From: Planctomycetaceae bacterium
GTDB taxonomy: Bacteria > Planctomycetota > Planctomycetia > Planctomycetales > Planctomycetaceae
Reading direction: 5' to 3'
NCBI GenBank assembly: GCA_015485495.1
Contig: WFTL01000058.1
Coordinates: forward strand, 8,379 to 72,378
Length of the DNA: 64,000 nt
The notes under the pieces were generated by a model. That model made no database searches and was not told the origin of the DNA. It was given only the letters and a program-made list of their open reading frames with translations. The position numbers were made by a program, and so were the translations under genes. Shown piece after piece: positions 1-9,974 of this stretch (position 1 is its first letter; the number at the start of each line of letters is the position of its first letter).

Positions 1-897
1 GGAACGCTCAGAGCGGCCAGCCGCACGGAAGTGTCCGCGAAAGTGCTGGCGACGATTCGGGCGATCCACGTGGCGGCCGGCGATCTGGTGAACGCCGGCG
101 ATCTGCTGATCGAACTGGACAGTGACGAACTGAAAGCGAGGCTGCATCAGGCGGAACAGGCACTGCTGGCTGCGACAGCCAGTCGAAAACAGGCGGAAAC
201 GGATTTCGAACGAATCCGGAAGCTGAAAGAACGCGATGTGATTTCTCAGACGGAATACGACGCCGCTCTGGCACGCCGCGATGTGGCTGTGGCCGAAGAG
301 GCACGGGCGGAACAGGCTGTTCAGGAAGCAACGGTCGTGCTGTCGTGGGCGGAAATCCGGGCTCCCAAGGCCGGACGGGTGGTGGATCGGCTGGCAGAAC
401 CCGGTGACACAGCCCGCCCCGGTCAGCCGTTGCTGGTGATTTACGATGCCGCTTCGCTGCGCCTGGAAGCTCCTGTTCTGGAACATCTGGCTGTGCGTCT
501 GAAACCGGGGGATCACCTGGACGTCTACATCGACGCGGTGGATCGCCGAGTCGATGCCGTGATCGATCAGATCGTGCCGCAGGCGGATGCTCCCAGCCGG
601 TCGTTTCTGGTCAAAGCCACGATTCCCCGGGCCGACGACCTGTATGAAGGCATGTTTGGCCGTCTGCTCATCCCGGCCGGGAAACGGCGGCACCTGTGTC
701 TGGCCACGGATGCCATTCAGAAGATCGGACAGCTCGAATTCGTCGAAGTCGTTTCTGAAGACGGAACCGTGGAACGTCGGATGATCCGCACGGGACGCCT
801 GGGAATGCCGGGCCGCGTCGAGGTGCTCAGCGGTGTTTCCGCGGGAGAACGAGTGGTTCTTCGCAGACAGCCGGCGAGCGAAGGAGACGCTCGATGA
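1..897 (+). CDS. RND efflux transporter periplasmic adaptor subunit (HlyD/MFP family); N-terminus lies outside the window
   Basis: The reading frame is open from nt 1, before the listed GTG at 31. It shows a lipoyl/barrel-sandwich pattern (IRAIHVAAGDLVNAGDLLIELD ... IRAPKAGRVV ... GDTARPGQPL) flanking an A/E/Q-rich coiled-coil hairpin. A 4-nt ATGA overlap joins it to the downstream RND permease. Confidence 0.8.
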   Translation, partial: GTLRAASRTEVSAKVLATIRAIHVAAGDLVNAGDLLIELDSDELKARLHQAEQALLAATASRKQAETDFERIRKLKERDVISQTEYDAALARRDVAVAEEARAEQAVQEATVVLSWAEIRAPKAGRVVDRLAEPGDTARPGQPLLVIYDAASLRLEAPVLEHLAVRLKPGDHLDVYIDAVDRRVDAVIDQIVPQADAPSRSFLVKATIPRADDLYEGMFGRLLIPAGKRRHLCLATDAIQKIGQLEFVEVVSEDGTVERRMIRTGRLGMPGRVEVLSGVSAGERVVLRRQPASEGDAR

Positions 898-3800
898 ACA
901 CCGGAAACACGGAAGAACAGCGGTCGGAAGCAGATCCGGACGCAGCAGACGGCCTGCTCACACGCGTGGTGGCCGTTTTTCTGCGAGGCGACATTGCGAT
1001 TCTGCTGACCATCGTGTCCTTCATTCTGGGAGCGGCCGCTCTGTGGCTGACACCCCGGGAAGAAGAACCGCAGATCGTCGTCCCCATGGCGGATGTCATC
1101 ATTTCCGCACCGGGGCTTTCGGCGGAAGAAATGGAACAGCAGGTCACGTCCCGACTGGAAAAGCTGCTGTATCAGATCGACGGCGTTGAGTACGTCTATT
1201 CCATGTCCCGGCCCGGTCAGGCGGTGGTGACCGTGCGTTTCTACGTGGGCGAGGACCGCGAAGATTCGCTCATTAAGCTGTACAACAAGGTCCATTCCAA
1301 CACCGATCAGATTCCGCCTGATGTGACCGGATGGGTCATCAAGCCGATTGAAGTGGACGATGTCCCGATTGTCATTGCCACACTGTGGTCAGACCGGACG
1401 GATCTGTACGGCGACCACGAACTGCGGCGGCTGGCCGAAGAAGTGCAGTATGAACTGCAGGCGATTCCCAACACCAATCGCGTGTGGATTACCGGCGGAC
1501 GGCCGCGTCGCATTCGTGTGGAGCTGGATCCGGCTGCGATGGCTGCCCGCCAGGTGGCGCCTCTGCAGATCGCCCAGGCGCTGCAGGCCGGCAATGTCAC
1601 CCGCCGATCCCGCGGGTTCGCTCAGCAGGAAACCCATTTCATCGTCGAAGCCGGCACCACGATTCGGGATGCTGAAGAACTGCGGCGGCTTGTGGTGACC
1701 GTTGTCGACAGCCGTCCTGTTTATCTTCAGGACGTGGCCGAAGTCATTGATGGTCCGGCGGAAGCGGAGACGTATACCTGGATGGGATTCGGATCGGCCG
1801 AAGACACCTGGCCGCGGGACGAACTGTATCCGGCCGTCCAGATCGCTGTGGCCAAACGCCGGGGCACGAATGCCGTATGGGTCGCTCAGGGAGTGCATGA
1901 ACGCCTGGCGGAACTGCAGGAGTCTCTGTTTCCGGACGGAATCCACTATCGGATCACACGTGACTACGGCGAAACGGCCGATGACAAGGTCGACGAACTC
2001 GTGGAAGCTCTGGCTGTTGCCGTGCTGACGGTTATCGGTTTCATCGGCGTTGTTCTCGGCTGGAGAGCCGCTCTGGTGATCGCTCTGGCAATTCCTGTCT
2101 GCTACAGCCTGACACTGTTCGTCAATCTTCTGGCCGGCTACACGATCAATCGGGTCACGATGTTCGCTCTGATTCTGGCGCTGGGCCTGCTGGTGGACGA
2201 CCCGATCACCGACGTGGAAAACGTGGCGCGTTACTTCACTTTGCGGCGCTATCCGCCACGGCGGTCGGTGCTGCACGCGATTCAGGAAGTCCGGCCCGCG
2301 CTGATTCTGTCCACGCTGGCCATCATCGCCAGTTTTCTGCCGCTGGCCTTCATCACCGGCATGATGGGACCGTACATGGCCCCGATGGCCCTCAACGTGC
2401 CGCTGACCGTTTCCGTGTCGACTCTGGTGGCCTTTGTGCTGACTCCCTGGCTGTCCATGGTCGCTCTGAAACACATCATCGAACGACCGGATGACGAGGA
2501 ACCGTTCGATGTGACCACGCGGCCGCTGTACCGGTTTTTTCGCCGGATCCTGACGCCTCTGCTGGAACACCGCCGTCTGGGATGGCTGGTTCTGTGGGGA
2601 ACCGGTCTGCTTCTGGCGGGAGCCATGATGCTTCCCGCTTTGCGGCTGGTGCCGCTGAAAATGCTGCCGTACGACAACAAGAATGAATTCCAGATTGTCA
2701 TCGACATGCCCGAAGGCACCACTCTGGAACGCACCGATGCGGTGGCTCGACGCATCGCCCGCCACATTGCCGCAGAAGCGGAAGTGCGGGATTTCCAGGT
2801 CGTCTCCGGCACGGCGTCTCCCATGGACTTCAACGGCATGGTCCGCCACTATTTCCTGCGCCGCGGTCCTCACGTCGCGGACATCCGCGTGAATCTCATC
2901 GCCAAAGAACAGCGCATCCAGCAGTCGCACGAGCTGATTCTGCGCATTCGCCGCAGCGTGGCGGAACTGGCCGACAGGCTGGGAGCCAATGTGAAACTGG
3001 TCGAAGTGCCTCCCGGACCTCCCGTCCTGGCCACCATCACGGCCGAAGTCTACGGGCCGGAAGACGCTCCGTACGACCACCTGATTGCTTCATCCCGTGT
3101 CGTGGCCGAGCGGATGAAACGGGAGCCGGGGGTGGTCGATGTGGACATCAGTGCCGAACACGACCAGACCGTGTGGGTGTTCGAAACGGACAAACCGAAG
3201 GCCGCTCTGTCGGGAATTTCCACGGACAACATCGCCCGCACCGTCCAGCTCGTCCTGGACGGTCTGCAGGCGACCGTTCTGCATCTTCCCAGTGAAGTGG
3301 AACCTCTGGGTGTGGAACTGAGACTTCCTTTGTGGCAGCGTTCCGCGATCGACGACCTGGAAGAGCTGTACATCCGCGGCGATTCCGGCCAGATCGTCCA
3401 GCTCGGCGGACTGGGACGGTTTCGAAAACGGATCGATGACAAAACGATCTATCACAAGAATCTGAAGCGCGTCGTTTTCGTCTATGGAGAAGTGGCCGGA
3501 CGGGCGCCGGCCGACGCCATCGTGGACATGCAGTTTGATCGACGGCGGTCCGGATCGGATGGACCGGCCGCCGATGCCGACGGCTCCCGGGACCAGGCGG
3601 CGCCGCGTCCGGTGTCGTCCCGCACCTGGCTGCGGCCGGGCGGCGGCGATCCGTGGTCCGTGGCCGACGGAATCCGCATTCAGTGGGCCGGAGAAGGGGA
3701 GTGGAAAATCACGCTGGACGTGTTCCGTGACATGGGGCTGGCCTTCATTGCGGCCCTGCTGGCGATTTTCATCATTCTGATGTTTCAGACAGGATCCCGC

Positions 3801-4280
3801 ATTCTGCCTCCGGTCATCATGCTGGCGATTCCTCTGACACTCATCGGCATCATGCCCGGCTTCTGGCTGCTCAACCAGCTCACCAGCCGAACGATCGACG
3901 GGCATCCGAATCCCGTGTTCTTCACGGCAACGGCCATGATCGGCATGATCGCTCTGGCAGGAATCGTCGTCCGCAATTCCGTTGTTCTGATCGACTTCAT
4001 CCACCTGGGACAGGCGGAAGGTCTGTCACTGAAGGAAGCCACCATCCGCAGCGTCGCCGTGCGGACGCGGCCGGTGGTGCTGACGGCCGGAACCACGCTG
4101 CTGGGCAACTGGGTCATCACGCTCGATCCCATCTTTTCCGGTCTGGCCTGGGCCATCATTTTTGGAATCGTGACTTCAACGCTGTTCACGCTGATCGTGA
4201 TTCCGGTGGTGTACTGGCTGATTTACGGACCGTCGGATGATGCACCTGAAGCGGCGGTTCCCGCCCAGGCGGACCGATAA
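894..4280 (+). CDS. RND efflux transporter permease subunit (AcrB/CzcA family)
   Basis: The 1128-aa protein has two large periplasmic loops and clusters of TM helices. Typical RND segments are present (INRVTMFALILALGLLVDDPI; GIVVRNSVVLIDFI). It is start-coupled to the adaptor gene. Confidence 0.9.
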   Translation: MNTGNTEEQRSEADPDAADGLLTRVVAVFLRGDIAILLTIVSFILGAAALWLTPREEEPQIVVPMADVIISAPGLSAEEMEQQVTSRLEKLLYQIDGVEYVYSMSRPGQAVVTVRFYVGEDREDSLIKLYNKVHSNTDQIPPDVTGWVIKPIEVDDVPIVIATLWSDRTDLYGDHELRRLAEEVQYELQAIPNTNRVWITGGRPRRIRVELDPAAMAARQVAPLQIAQALQAGNVTRRSRGFAQQETHFIVEAGTTIRDAEELRRLVVTVVDSRPVYLQDVAEVIDGPAEAETYTWMGFGSAEDTWPRDELYPAVQIAVAKRRGTNAVWVAQGVHERLAELQESLFPDGIHYRITRDYGETADDKVDELVEALAVAVLTVIGFIGVVLGWRAALVIALAIPVCYSLTLFVNLLAGYTINRVTMFALILALGLLVDDPITDVENVARYFTLRRYPPRRSVLHAIQEVRPALILSTLAIIASFLPLAFITGMMGPYMAPMALNVPLTVSVSTLVAFVLTPWLSMVALKHIIERPDDEEPFDVTTRPLYRFFRRILTPLLEHRRLGWLVLWGTGLLLAGAMMLPALRLVPLKMLPYDNKNEFQIVIDMPEGTTLERTDAVARRIARHIAAEAEVRDFQVVSGTASPMDFNGMVRHYFLRRGPHVADIRVNLIAKEQRIQQSHELILRIRRSVAELADRLGANVKLVEVPPGPPVLATITAEVYGPEDAPYDHLIASSRVVAERMKREPGVVDVDISAEHDQTVWVFETDKPKAALSGISTDNIARTVQLVLDGLQATVLHLPSEVEPLGVELRLPLWQRSAIDDLEELYIRGDSGQIVQLGGLGRFRKRIDDKTIYHKNLKRVVFVYGEVAGRAPADAIVDMQFDRRRSGSDGPAADADGSRDQAAPRPVSSRTWLRPGGGDPWSVADGIRIQWAGEGEWKITLDVFRDMGLAFIAALLAIFIILMFQTGSRILPPVIMLAIPLTLIGIMPGFWLLNQLTSRTIDGHPNPVFFTATAMIGMIALAGIVVRNSVVLIDFIHLGQAEGLSLKEATIRSVAVRTRPVVLTAGTTLLGNWVITLDPIFSGLAWAIIFGIVTSTLFTLIVIPVVYWLIYGPSDDAPEAAVPAQADR

Positions 4281-4343
4281 TCGGCGGTGTCGCCCTGTCC
4301 GGGACGGCTGATGCGGTCGCGTGCTGTCAGAAACGCGGCCGGC

Positions 4344-4372
4344 CGTGCCGCCGTCAGGCGTCAGGCGGCACG
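4344..4372. terminator. GC-rich hairpin between convergent genes (possible bidirectional terminator)
   Basis: A perfect 9-bp inverted repeat, cgtgccgcc (4344-4352) / ggcggcacg (4364-4372), has an 11-nt loop. It sits in the 99-nt gap between the RND permease stop and the ABC-F stop. There is no clear U-tract. Confidence 0.35.
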
Positions 4373-4379
4373 TGTCCGA

Positions 4380-6164
4380 TCAGAATTCTCCCAGTTCGAC
4401 CTGCAGCTCGTACCAGGAATTTTCCAGATCCGCCACCTGCTGCTGCAGAGCTTCGATCTGATTGTGCAGTTCCAGAGCGGCATCGGCGTCCGACGTTTCC
4501 AGCAGTTCGGCGCTGAGCCGTTTTTTTTCGTCGTCCAGCCGGGCGATTTTCTTTTCCAGACTGCGTACCTGCCGTCTCAGACTGTGTTCTTCGCGTCCGG
4601 ACAGTTTTGATCGGGATCCGCCGGATTCCGGATCTGTTCTGGACGCAGCGCGGGCCTGTTCGCGCTGCCGTTCGCCGTCATCGATTTCTCTGTTGACAGC
4701 GTACAGATAGGCGTCGTAGTCGCCGCCGTAATGCCGCACCCGGTGATCCCGCACTTCAATCACGCTGGTGGCCACACGGCGAACGAAATGCCGGTCGTGA
4801 CTGGTGAACAGAACGGTCCCCCGGTATGCGGTCAGAGCATCTGCCAGAGCATCCACGGTTTCCACGTCCAGATGGTTTCCCGGTTCATCCAGGATGAGCA
4901 CGTTGAATTCTCCCAGCAGCAGACCGGCCAGACAGACGCGGGCCCGTTCGCCACCGGACAGCACGCGAATCTGTTTTTTCACGTGGGCTCCGCGAAACAG
5001 CAGAGAACCGGCCACATTGAGGCAGTCCTGTGTCGTGATACCGGGTCGAGACCGGTATTCGAGATATTCCAGGATGGTCTGATCTTCCGGAAGCGTCGTG
5101 TAGACATGCTGGGCGTACACTCCGATGGAACATCCGTAGCCCCATTTCACCCGTCCGGCAACTGGTTTCAGAGAATCCACCAGCGTTCTCAGCAGAGTGG
5201 TTTTGCCCTGACCGTTGTCGCCGACAATGGCCGCGCGCTGCTGGTGATCGACTTCCAGATCGATGCCGCTGGCCACGGTGTGGCCCGGATACCCGATCGA
5301 CAGGTCCATGCAGCGCAGCGCAGGTCCCTGGCGAGGTTCCACTTCCGGCGCCCGAATGTGGACAACAGGCAGTTCCGAATCGATCTGCACCGTCTGCAGA
5401 CGATTGAGCTGTTTCTGTTTGGATCGTGCCTGGCTGGCCGTGGTCGCTTTGGCCCGATTGCGTTCGATGAATCGCTGAAGCTGCTTTTGACGGGCGACAA
5501 TGGCGGCGTTGGTTCGTTCGTCCCGCTGCCGCTGTTCTTCCACGTGTGCCAGATAATCGCCGATTTTTCCGGGATACAGCGTGAGCCGACCGCGGGACAG
5601 ATCCAGCGTCTGGCTGCAGGTGGCCGTCAGAAAGGCCCGGTCGTGCGAAACGATCAGGCAGGATGCCGGAAACGTCTTCAGAAAGTGCTCCAGCAGAATC
5701 TGCGTCCGCAGGTCCAGAAAGTTGGTCGGTTCATCCAGCAGCAGCAGGTTCGGATCGTGCAGCAGCAGGGCGGCCAGTTTGACGCGCGTCTGCCAGCCGC
5801 CGGACAGGGAACGGACAGGGCCGTGCAGAAAGTCGCCTTTCAGTTCGAAACGACCGGCCACCTCACCGCATTTCCAGTCGGGCTGACCGCTGTCGCGCAT
5901 GAGGAAATCCAGAGCCGACTCGTCCGGTTCGAACGGATCGTGCTGCCGCAGATAGCCGATCCGCAGGCGTGGTCCGTGCACGACTTCGCCGCTGTCCAGT
6001 TCTTCTTCCTTCAGCAGCACACGCAGCAGCGTCGACTTGCCGGCCCCGTTGCGGCCGATGAGCCCGACTTTCATGCCTTCGTGGATGGTGACGCTGGTGT
6101 TGTCGAGCAGACGCTGATCGCCGTAACTCTTGACACCATCGATGAGCTGCAGAAGAACGGACAT
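4380..6164 (-). CDS. ABC-F family ATPase (Uup/YheS-like translation-associated ABC protein, no TM domain)
   Basis: Two Walker A motifs (GRNGAGKST, GDNGQGKTT) and two ABC signatures (LSGGWQTR, LSGGERAR) are present. There is a basic Q/R-rich inter-domain linker and a C-terminal coiled coil. The start is placed at the internal ATG (MSVLLQLIDGV) rather than the ORF-track start at 6296. Confidence 0.9.
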   Translation of the reverse strand: MSVLLQLIDGVKSYGDQRLLDNTSVTIHEGMKVGLIGRNGAGKSTLLRVLLKEEELDSGEVVHGPRLRIGYLRQHDPFEPDESALDFLMRDSGQPDWKCGEVAGRFELKGDFLHGPVRSLSGGWQTRVKLAALLLHDPNLLLLDEPTNFLDLRTQILLEHFLKTFPASCLIVSHDRAFLTATCSQTLDLSRGRLTLYPGKIGDYLAHVEEQRQRDERTNAAIVARQKQLQRFIERNRAKATTASQARSKQKQLNRLQTVQIDSELPVVHIRAPEVEPRQGPALRCMDLSIGYPGHTVASGIDLEVDHQQRAAIVGDNGQGKTTLLRTLVDSLKPVAGRVKWGYGCSIGVYAQHVYTTLPEDQTILEYLEYRSRPGITTQDCLNVAGSLLFRGAHVKKQIRVLSGGERARVCLAGLLLGEFNVLILDEPGNHLDVETVDALADALTAYRGTVLFTSHDRHFVRRVATSVIEVRDHRVRHYGGDYDAYLYAVNREIDDGERQREQARAASRTDPESGGSRSKLSGREEHSLRRQVRSLEKKIARLDDEKKRLSAELLETSDADAALELHNQIEALQQQVADLENSWYELQVELGEF

Positions 6165-6305
6165 GACTTTCGCTGACAGGCTGAAGAAACGGTCAGCGAA
6201 CCGAATACCCGATCCCACCTGCCCTTTGCAATGATCAGAAGGGTCTGGCAAAGACAATCCGAAAACCGGGGGGCGATCCGCCCGCACGGCTGTCACCGGA
6301 CCGAC

Positions 6306-7904
6306 TCAGTCGCCCAGACGGCGATACATCGGCAGATGCCGATAATAGACTTCCAGCGTCAGCAGACTGAGTGTCGTCTGATAGATCTGGCCGCCAGGTC
6401 GGGAATACGTTCCACGAGGGGACCAGCTTCCGGCTGCCGGACCGCGGGAAATCTGAGTGCGAACAAGCTGGTCCCGCATCACAGAATTCCACCGCTCCCA
6501 CGGTTCGCCGCCCCAGTGGTGAAGAACCTGCGTGGCATAATAGTTGTAATAGATGCTGTGTGGATGCGGGCCCCGGGCGGACAGAGCCGCCACGCCGCGA
6601 TGCAGAGCCGAATGATCCTGACGCCAGCCCAGATAAATGCGGCACAGCAGACCGACCGACGACATGGTGGGCGTCTGTTCATCACCGGGCACGTAACCAT
6701 ACCCGGCTCCTCCATCATCCTGTACGGAATCCAGAAACTGCCCGGCTTTTCGCAGCACACCGTCAGAAACCCGCAGCTCCCCCATCCGCCCGCTCTGCAG
6801 GGCCATGATCTGCCACCCGGTGACGGATGTGTCACCGGGGCTCCGGGGACGGTAACGCCATCCGCCGCCGCGGTGCTGGGCATTTTCGATTGCCGCCAAA
6901 GCCCGCTGAGCCAGCCGCCTCACACGGGAATCGGAAGGTGCCAGAGCATGAGCTTCACACAGGCAGATGGTTGCGATGCCCTGAATGTACATGCCGGCAT
7001 GATCACTGCTGTCGCCATGCAGGTCTGCTCGCCTGCGATCGATCCGGGCATGCACGATCAGATAATCCAGTCCGGCATCGACCGTTTTCCGCCAGGGAAC
7101 GGATTCTTCGTGCGTATGGCCGGCTCCCAGAAAACACAGCAGCGCCATTGCGGTGGCTCCCATCTGTCCGTCGGAAAGCCGACCAGGTTCCGCTCCTTCG
7201 CCAGGATCCTGAAAATCCCACGATCCGTCCTCCTGCTGAATCGATGCCAGCCATTTCAGGCCGGCAGCCACCGCCTGTTCGCTTTCTGCTGTTCCACCGT
7301 AGGCACGCAGTGCTGCCTGGCGACCCGCCGCAGAACGTGCTCCCAGGTCTCCCAGATTGGCCAGCAGACCCATATCTTCTGCCGCAGACACGGGCATCAG
7401 GTCGGCAGAAAGGTCATCGTCCGATGTCGAAGCACTTTGCAGATCTGCGTCCAGTTCCTCCAGTACCGTCATGTCGTCCGTCAGCAGCGGTTCGGAATCC
7501 GCAGGGATGTCGGGAGTGATTTCGACCGCCAGAATCGCTTCGGCCGCGTCTCTGTCGGGGTCCAGAAACAGATTGAGAATCCGGTCCGGCACATGCTGCG
7601 GCAAAATCCAGCAGGCCAGCAGGAACGCCAGACACAGATGCAGCAGCAGGCTGAACAATGACGTCAGCAGTTCCGTGCGGCGCTGTACAATCAGCTCCCG
7701 AAATCGTCTTCCCGACTGCCATACGAATGCGCGGACAGCGTGGACCTGCTCCCGGAAAGCCTTCAACAGTCGGCCGCCGCCCCGCCGCGGTTTTCGACGA
7801 GCACGCCGGCGACCGGCCACCTGCTCAGCCACTGAAAGCGGCGGTTGCGGCACCGCCGGATGCTGTTCTGCAGATCTGGGCGGAACGGTCATCGCGCTCC
7901 CCAT
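6306..7904 (-). CDS. membrane-anchored prenyltransferase/squalene-oxidase-repeat (terpenoid-cyclase fold) protein
   Basis: A basic N-terminus and one TM helix (LLTSLFSLLLHLCLAFLLACWIL) are followed by repeated Gly/aromatic repeat units (DGSWDF, GGGWRY, DDGGAGYGY, AAGSWSP) and a YYRHLPMY tail. This pattern is typical of this family in Planctomycetes. The start is uncertain (ATG at 7904 or 7892; the ORF is open to 7976). Confidence 0.6.
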   Translation of the reverse strand: MGSAMTVPPRSAEQHPAVPQPPLSVAEQVAGRRRARRKPRRGGGRLLKAFREQVHAVRAFVWQSGRRFRELIVQRRTELLTSLFSLLLHLCLAFLLACWILPQHVPDRILNLFLDPDRDAAEAILAVEITPDIPADSEPLLTDDMTVLEELDADLQSASTSDDDLSADLMPVSAAEDMGLLANLGDLGARSAAGRQAALRAYGGTAESEQAVAAGLKWLASIQQEDGSWDFQDPGEGAEPGRLSDGQMGATAMALLCFLGAGHTHEESVPWRKTVDAGLDYLIVHARIDRRRADLHGDSSDHAGMYIQGIATICLCEAHALAPSDSRVRRLAQRALAAIENAQHRGGGWRYRPRSPGDTSVTGWQIMALQSGRMGELRVSDGVLRKAGQFLDSVQDDGGAGYGYVPGDEQTPTMSSVGLLCRIYLGWRQDHSALHRGVAALSARGPHPHSIYYNYYATQVLHHWGGEPWERWNSVMRDQLVRTQISRGPAAGSWSPRGTYSRPGGQIYQTTLSLLTLEVYYRHLPMYRRLGD

Positions 7905-8311
7905 GCTGCCGCCACATGACGGGCGGCGATGATTCGGATTCCGACCGGACCGACCGGGACCAAAGCGGCCTGGCATGTAACGTCAAAGCCGACCGCGTTT
8001 CCGAATCGATTCTTCCTATTCTGGAACGAAATGTTCCTCGGACAACCTCAACGGTCGGAACGCGGGGCAGATTTTCCATCTGAATCCGGAAATCGTGGGC
8101 CGGTGGTTCGAACGAGCCCTGTGAATGGCACAGACAGAAGGCGCGTTTCTGCGGGGAATTCCTGCTGCCGGACGACAGATCCGACCGGGATGTGATAAGG
8201 TCCGTCGACAGAAAAGAACCCGTTTTCGTCCGTTTCAGACACCGGCACCACCCGCCGAAAACGGCCCACACGTTCTGTTCTTCGGCGTCTGTGGAAACGG
8301 TTCCCGACCCG

Positions 8312-9157
8312 ATGCATTCCAGCCACACTCTCCGAACAACCCTGAAGAACCTGCGGTTCTCAGACGACGAACGAACGGCCCGCGACCAGAACATCGTTCA
8401 GCGTCTGCTGGACACATCGATCTGCATTCGCCGTCCCGACTTCGACATTCTTCTGTCGGAAGATCTGCGCAGCCTGTTTCATCTGTATGACGAAACATTT
8501 TTCGGCGGACTGCTGCAGGAAAGTCTTCAGGACACGCCTCTGGACTTTCGCATTTCCCCCCGTATGACCCGCGCCGGTGCCCGGACCAGCGCCTGGAAGG
8601 ACAGCCCGCAGACACCCTTCACACATTTCGAAATCGCCGTGTCGTCCACTCTGCTGTTCAACAGTTTTCAGGACGAACCTCCGCGTCCTGTTCTCGTAAA
8701 CGGTCTCGAATGCCGAAATCGTCTGGATGCGCTGATGCGGATCATGGAACACGAACTGATCCATCTGGCGGAACTGGTCGGCTGGGGAGATTCCAGTTGC
8801 CGCAAAGAGCGGTTTCAGCAGATGGCCGGTCGCATTTTCGGACACACGGACTACCTCCACACGCTCATGACGCCGCGTCAGCAGGCAGCCGAGCGCGGTA
8901 TCCGGCGGGGAAGTTCCGTCACCTTCCAGTGGAACGGCCGGCTTTTTCGGGGAATCGTCAGCCGCATCACGAAGCGGGCCACCGTACTCGTGCCGTCTCC
9001 GGACGGCGTGCTGTACAGCGACGGTGTCTGCTATGAAAAGTACTATGTACCGCTGGATCTGCTGCATCCGGTGAAGGCCGCCGACGGCGGTCCCCCGCCA
9101 GGATCCGAAACGGACGGTTCCGGAATATTAGACAACACCCGGCGGCGGGGTTCCTGA
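8312..9157 (+). CDS. SprT-like zinc metalloprotease domain protein with a small C-terminal beta-rich domain
   Basis: It carries an SprT-type N-terminal pattern (LFHLYDETFFGGLL ... FRISPRMTRAGAR ... FEIAVSSTLL) and an HExxH motif (MEHELIHLAE). The start is uncertain; the ORF is open from 8192. Confidence 0.55.
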   Translation: MHSSHTLRTTLKNLRFSDDERTARDQNIVQRLLDTSICIRRPDFDILLSEDLRSLFHLYDETFFGGLLQESLQDTPLDFRISPRMTRAGARTSAWKDSPQTPFTHFEIAVSSTLLFNSFQDEPPRPVLVNGLECRNRLDALMRIMEHELIHLAELVGWGDSSCRKERFQQMAGRIFGHTDYLHTLMTPRQQAAERGIRRGSSVTFQWNGRLFRGIVSRITKRATVLVPSPDGVLYSDGVCYEKYYVPLDLLHPVKAADGGPPPGSETDGSGILDNTRRRGS

Positions 9158-9289
9158 ACTTGAATCCCCGTTCCGGTTGTTCCAGAATCCGCCCGTCCGG
9201 CGGGGAACCGCGTGTTCGCTTCCCGTTCGTTGACAGCCCCCTGACGTTCCCGAATTCCTGATCCCGCGAGTCTTTCGGACAGCAGAACC

Positions 9290-9952
9290 ATGTCCATTGA
9301 ACGAGCCGAACAGCTCAAAAAGGAACTGACCGACAAATGGGTCGTCGTGAAATCCGGGATCCCGGAACTGCGGCGATTCGAAAAACTCACCGGTCAGGTC
9401 AGGACCGTCAACATGAACTGTCGTGCGCTGGTTCAGTTCGACGGTCCGGAAGATATCGGCTGGTACGACATCGATCCGAGCTGTCTGACGGTCGTGGACG
9501 GCCCGCGTCCGAAGGAAAAACCCGCTGCTCCGGAAAAGAAAAAACCGGCGGCCACGAAGAAAGCGGCCGCTCCGGCCACCGGCGGCGCTTCCCCACTCGA
9601 CCAGATTCGCGCCCAAAGCGCCCCGACAGCGAAACCGGCGGCCGGCGGTTCGCCGCTCGACCAGATCCGCGCTCAGGCGGCCGGTGGAAGCAAATCGGCC
9701 GCTCAGCCGGCCGCTGCATCCGGCGCTTCCCCGCTCGACCAGATCCGCGCCCAGAATCAGGCAGCCGCTCAGGACACTCCGGCAGACAGCGATCCGCCTG
9801 CCGAAACTCCGCCGGAACCGGCTGCAGACGATGCATCCCCGGCCCCTGAGCCGCCTCCGGCCGCGGAATCGAAACCAAAGATCGACACGTCCGGCATGTC
9901 TCCTCTGGACATCATCCGTGCGCAGGGCGCCTTCAAAGGAAACGGCGGCTGA
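9290..9952 (+). CDS. hypothetical protein: small N-terminal globular domain plus a low-complexity tail carrying four SPLDQIRAQ motifs
   Basis: An ATG start lies 130 nt downstream of the SprT-like gene on the same strand. The tail is A/P/K-rich. The motif [GS]-[AM]?-SPLD-[QI]-IRAQ occurs at aa 101, 121, 147 and 204. Confidence 0.6.
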   Translation: MSIERAEQLKKELTDKWVVVKSGIPELRRFEKLTGQVRTVNMNCRALVQFDGPEDIGWYDIDPSCLTVVDGPRPKEKPAAPEKKKPAATKKAAAPATGGASPLDQIRAQSAPTAKPAAGGSPLDQIRAQAAGGSKSAAQPAAASGASPLDQIRAQNQAAAQDTPADSDPPAETPPEPAADDASPAPEPPPAAESKPKIDTSGMSPLDIIRAQGAFKGNGG

Positions 9953-9974
9953 TCGGACGCGAACCGGAGGCCGT

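Noticed and set aside
1389-3080. A 563-aa minus-strand ORF.
   Set aside because: It is antisense to the RND permease gene.
4731-7661. Plus-strand ORFs of 481 aa (4731-6176) and 476 aa (6231-7661).
   Set aside because: They are antisense to the ABC-F gene and the prenyltransferase-repeat gene respectively, with no motifs.
8030-8125. A GGTTCGAA word resembling a tRNA T-loop.
   Set aside because: The flanking bases do not form a T-stem, acceptor stem or D-arm. A similar word near 10335 lies inside a coding gene. No tRNA is called.
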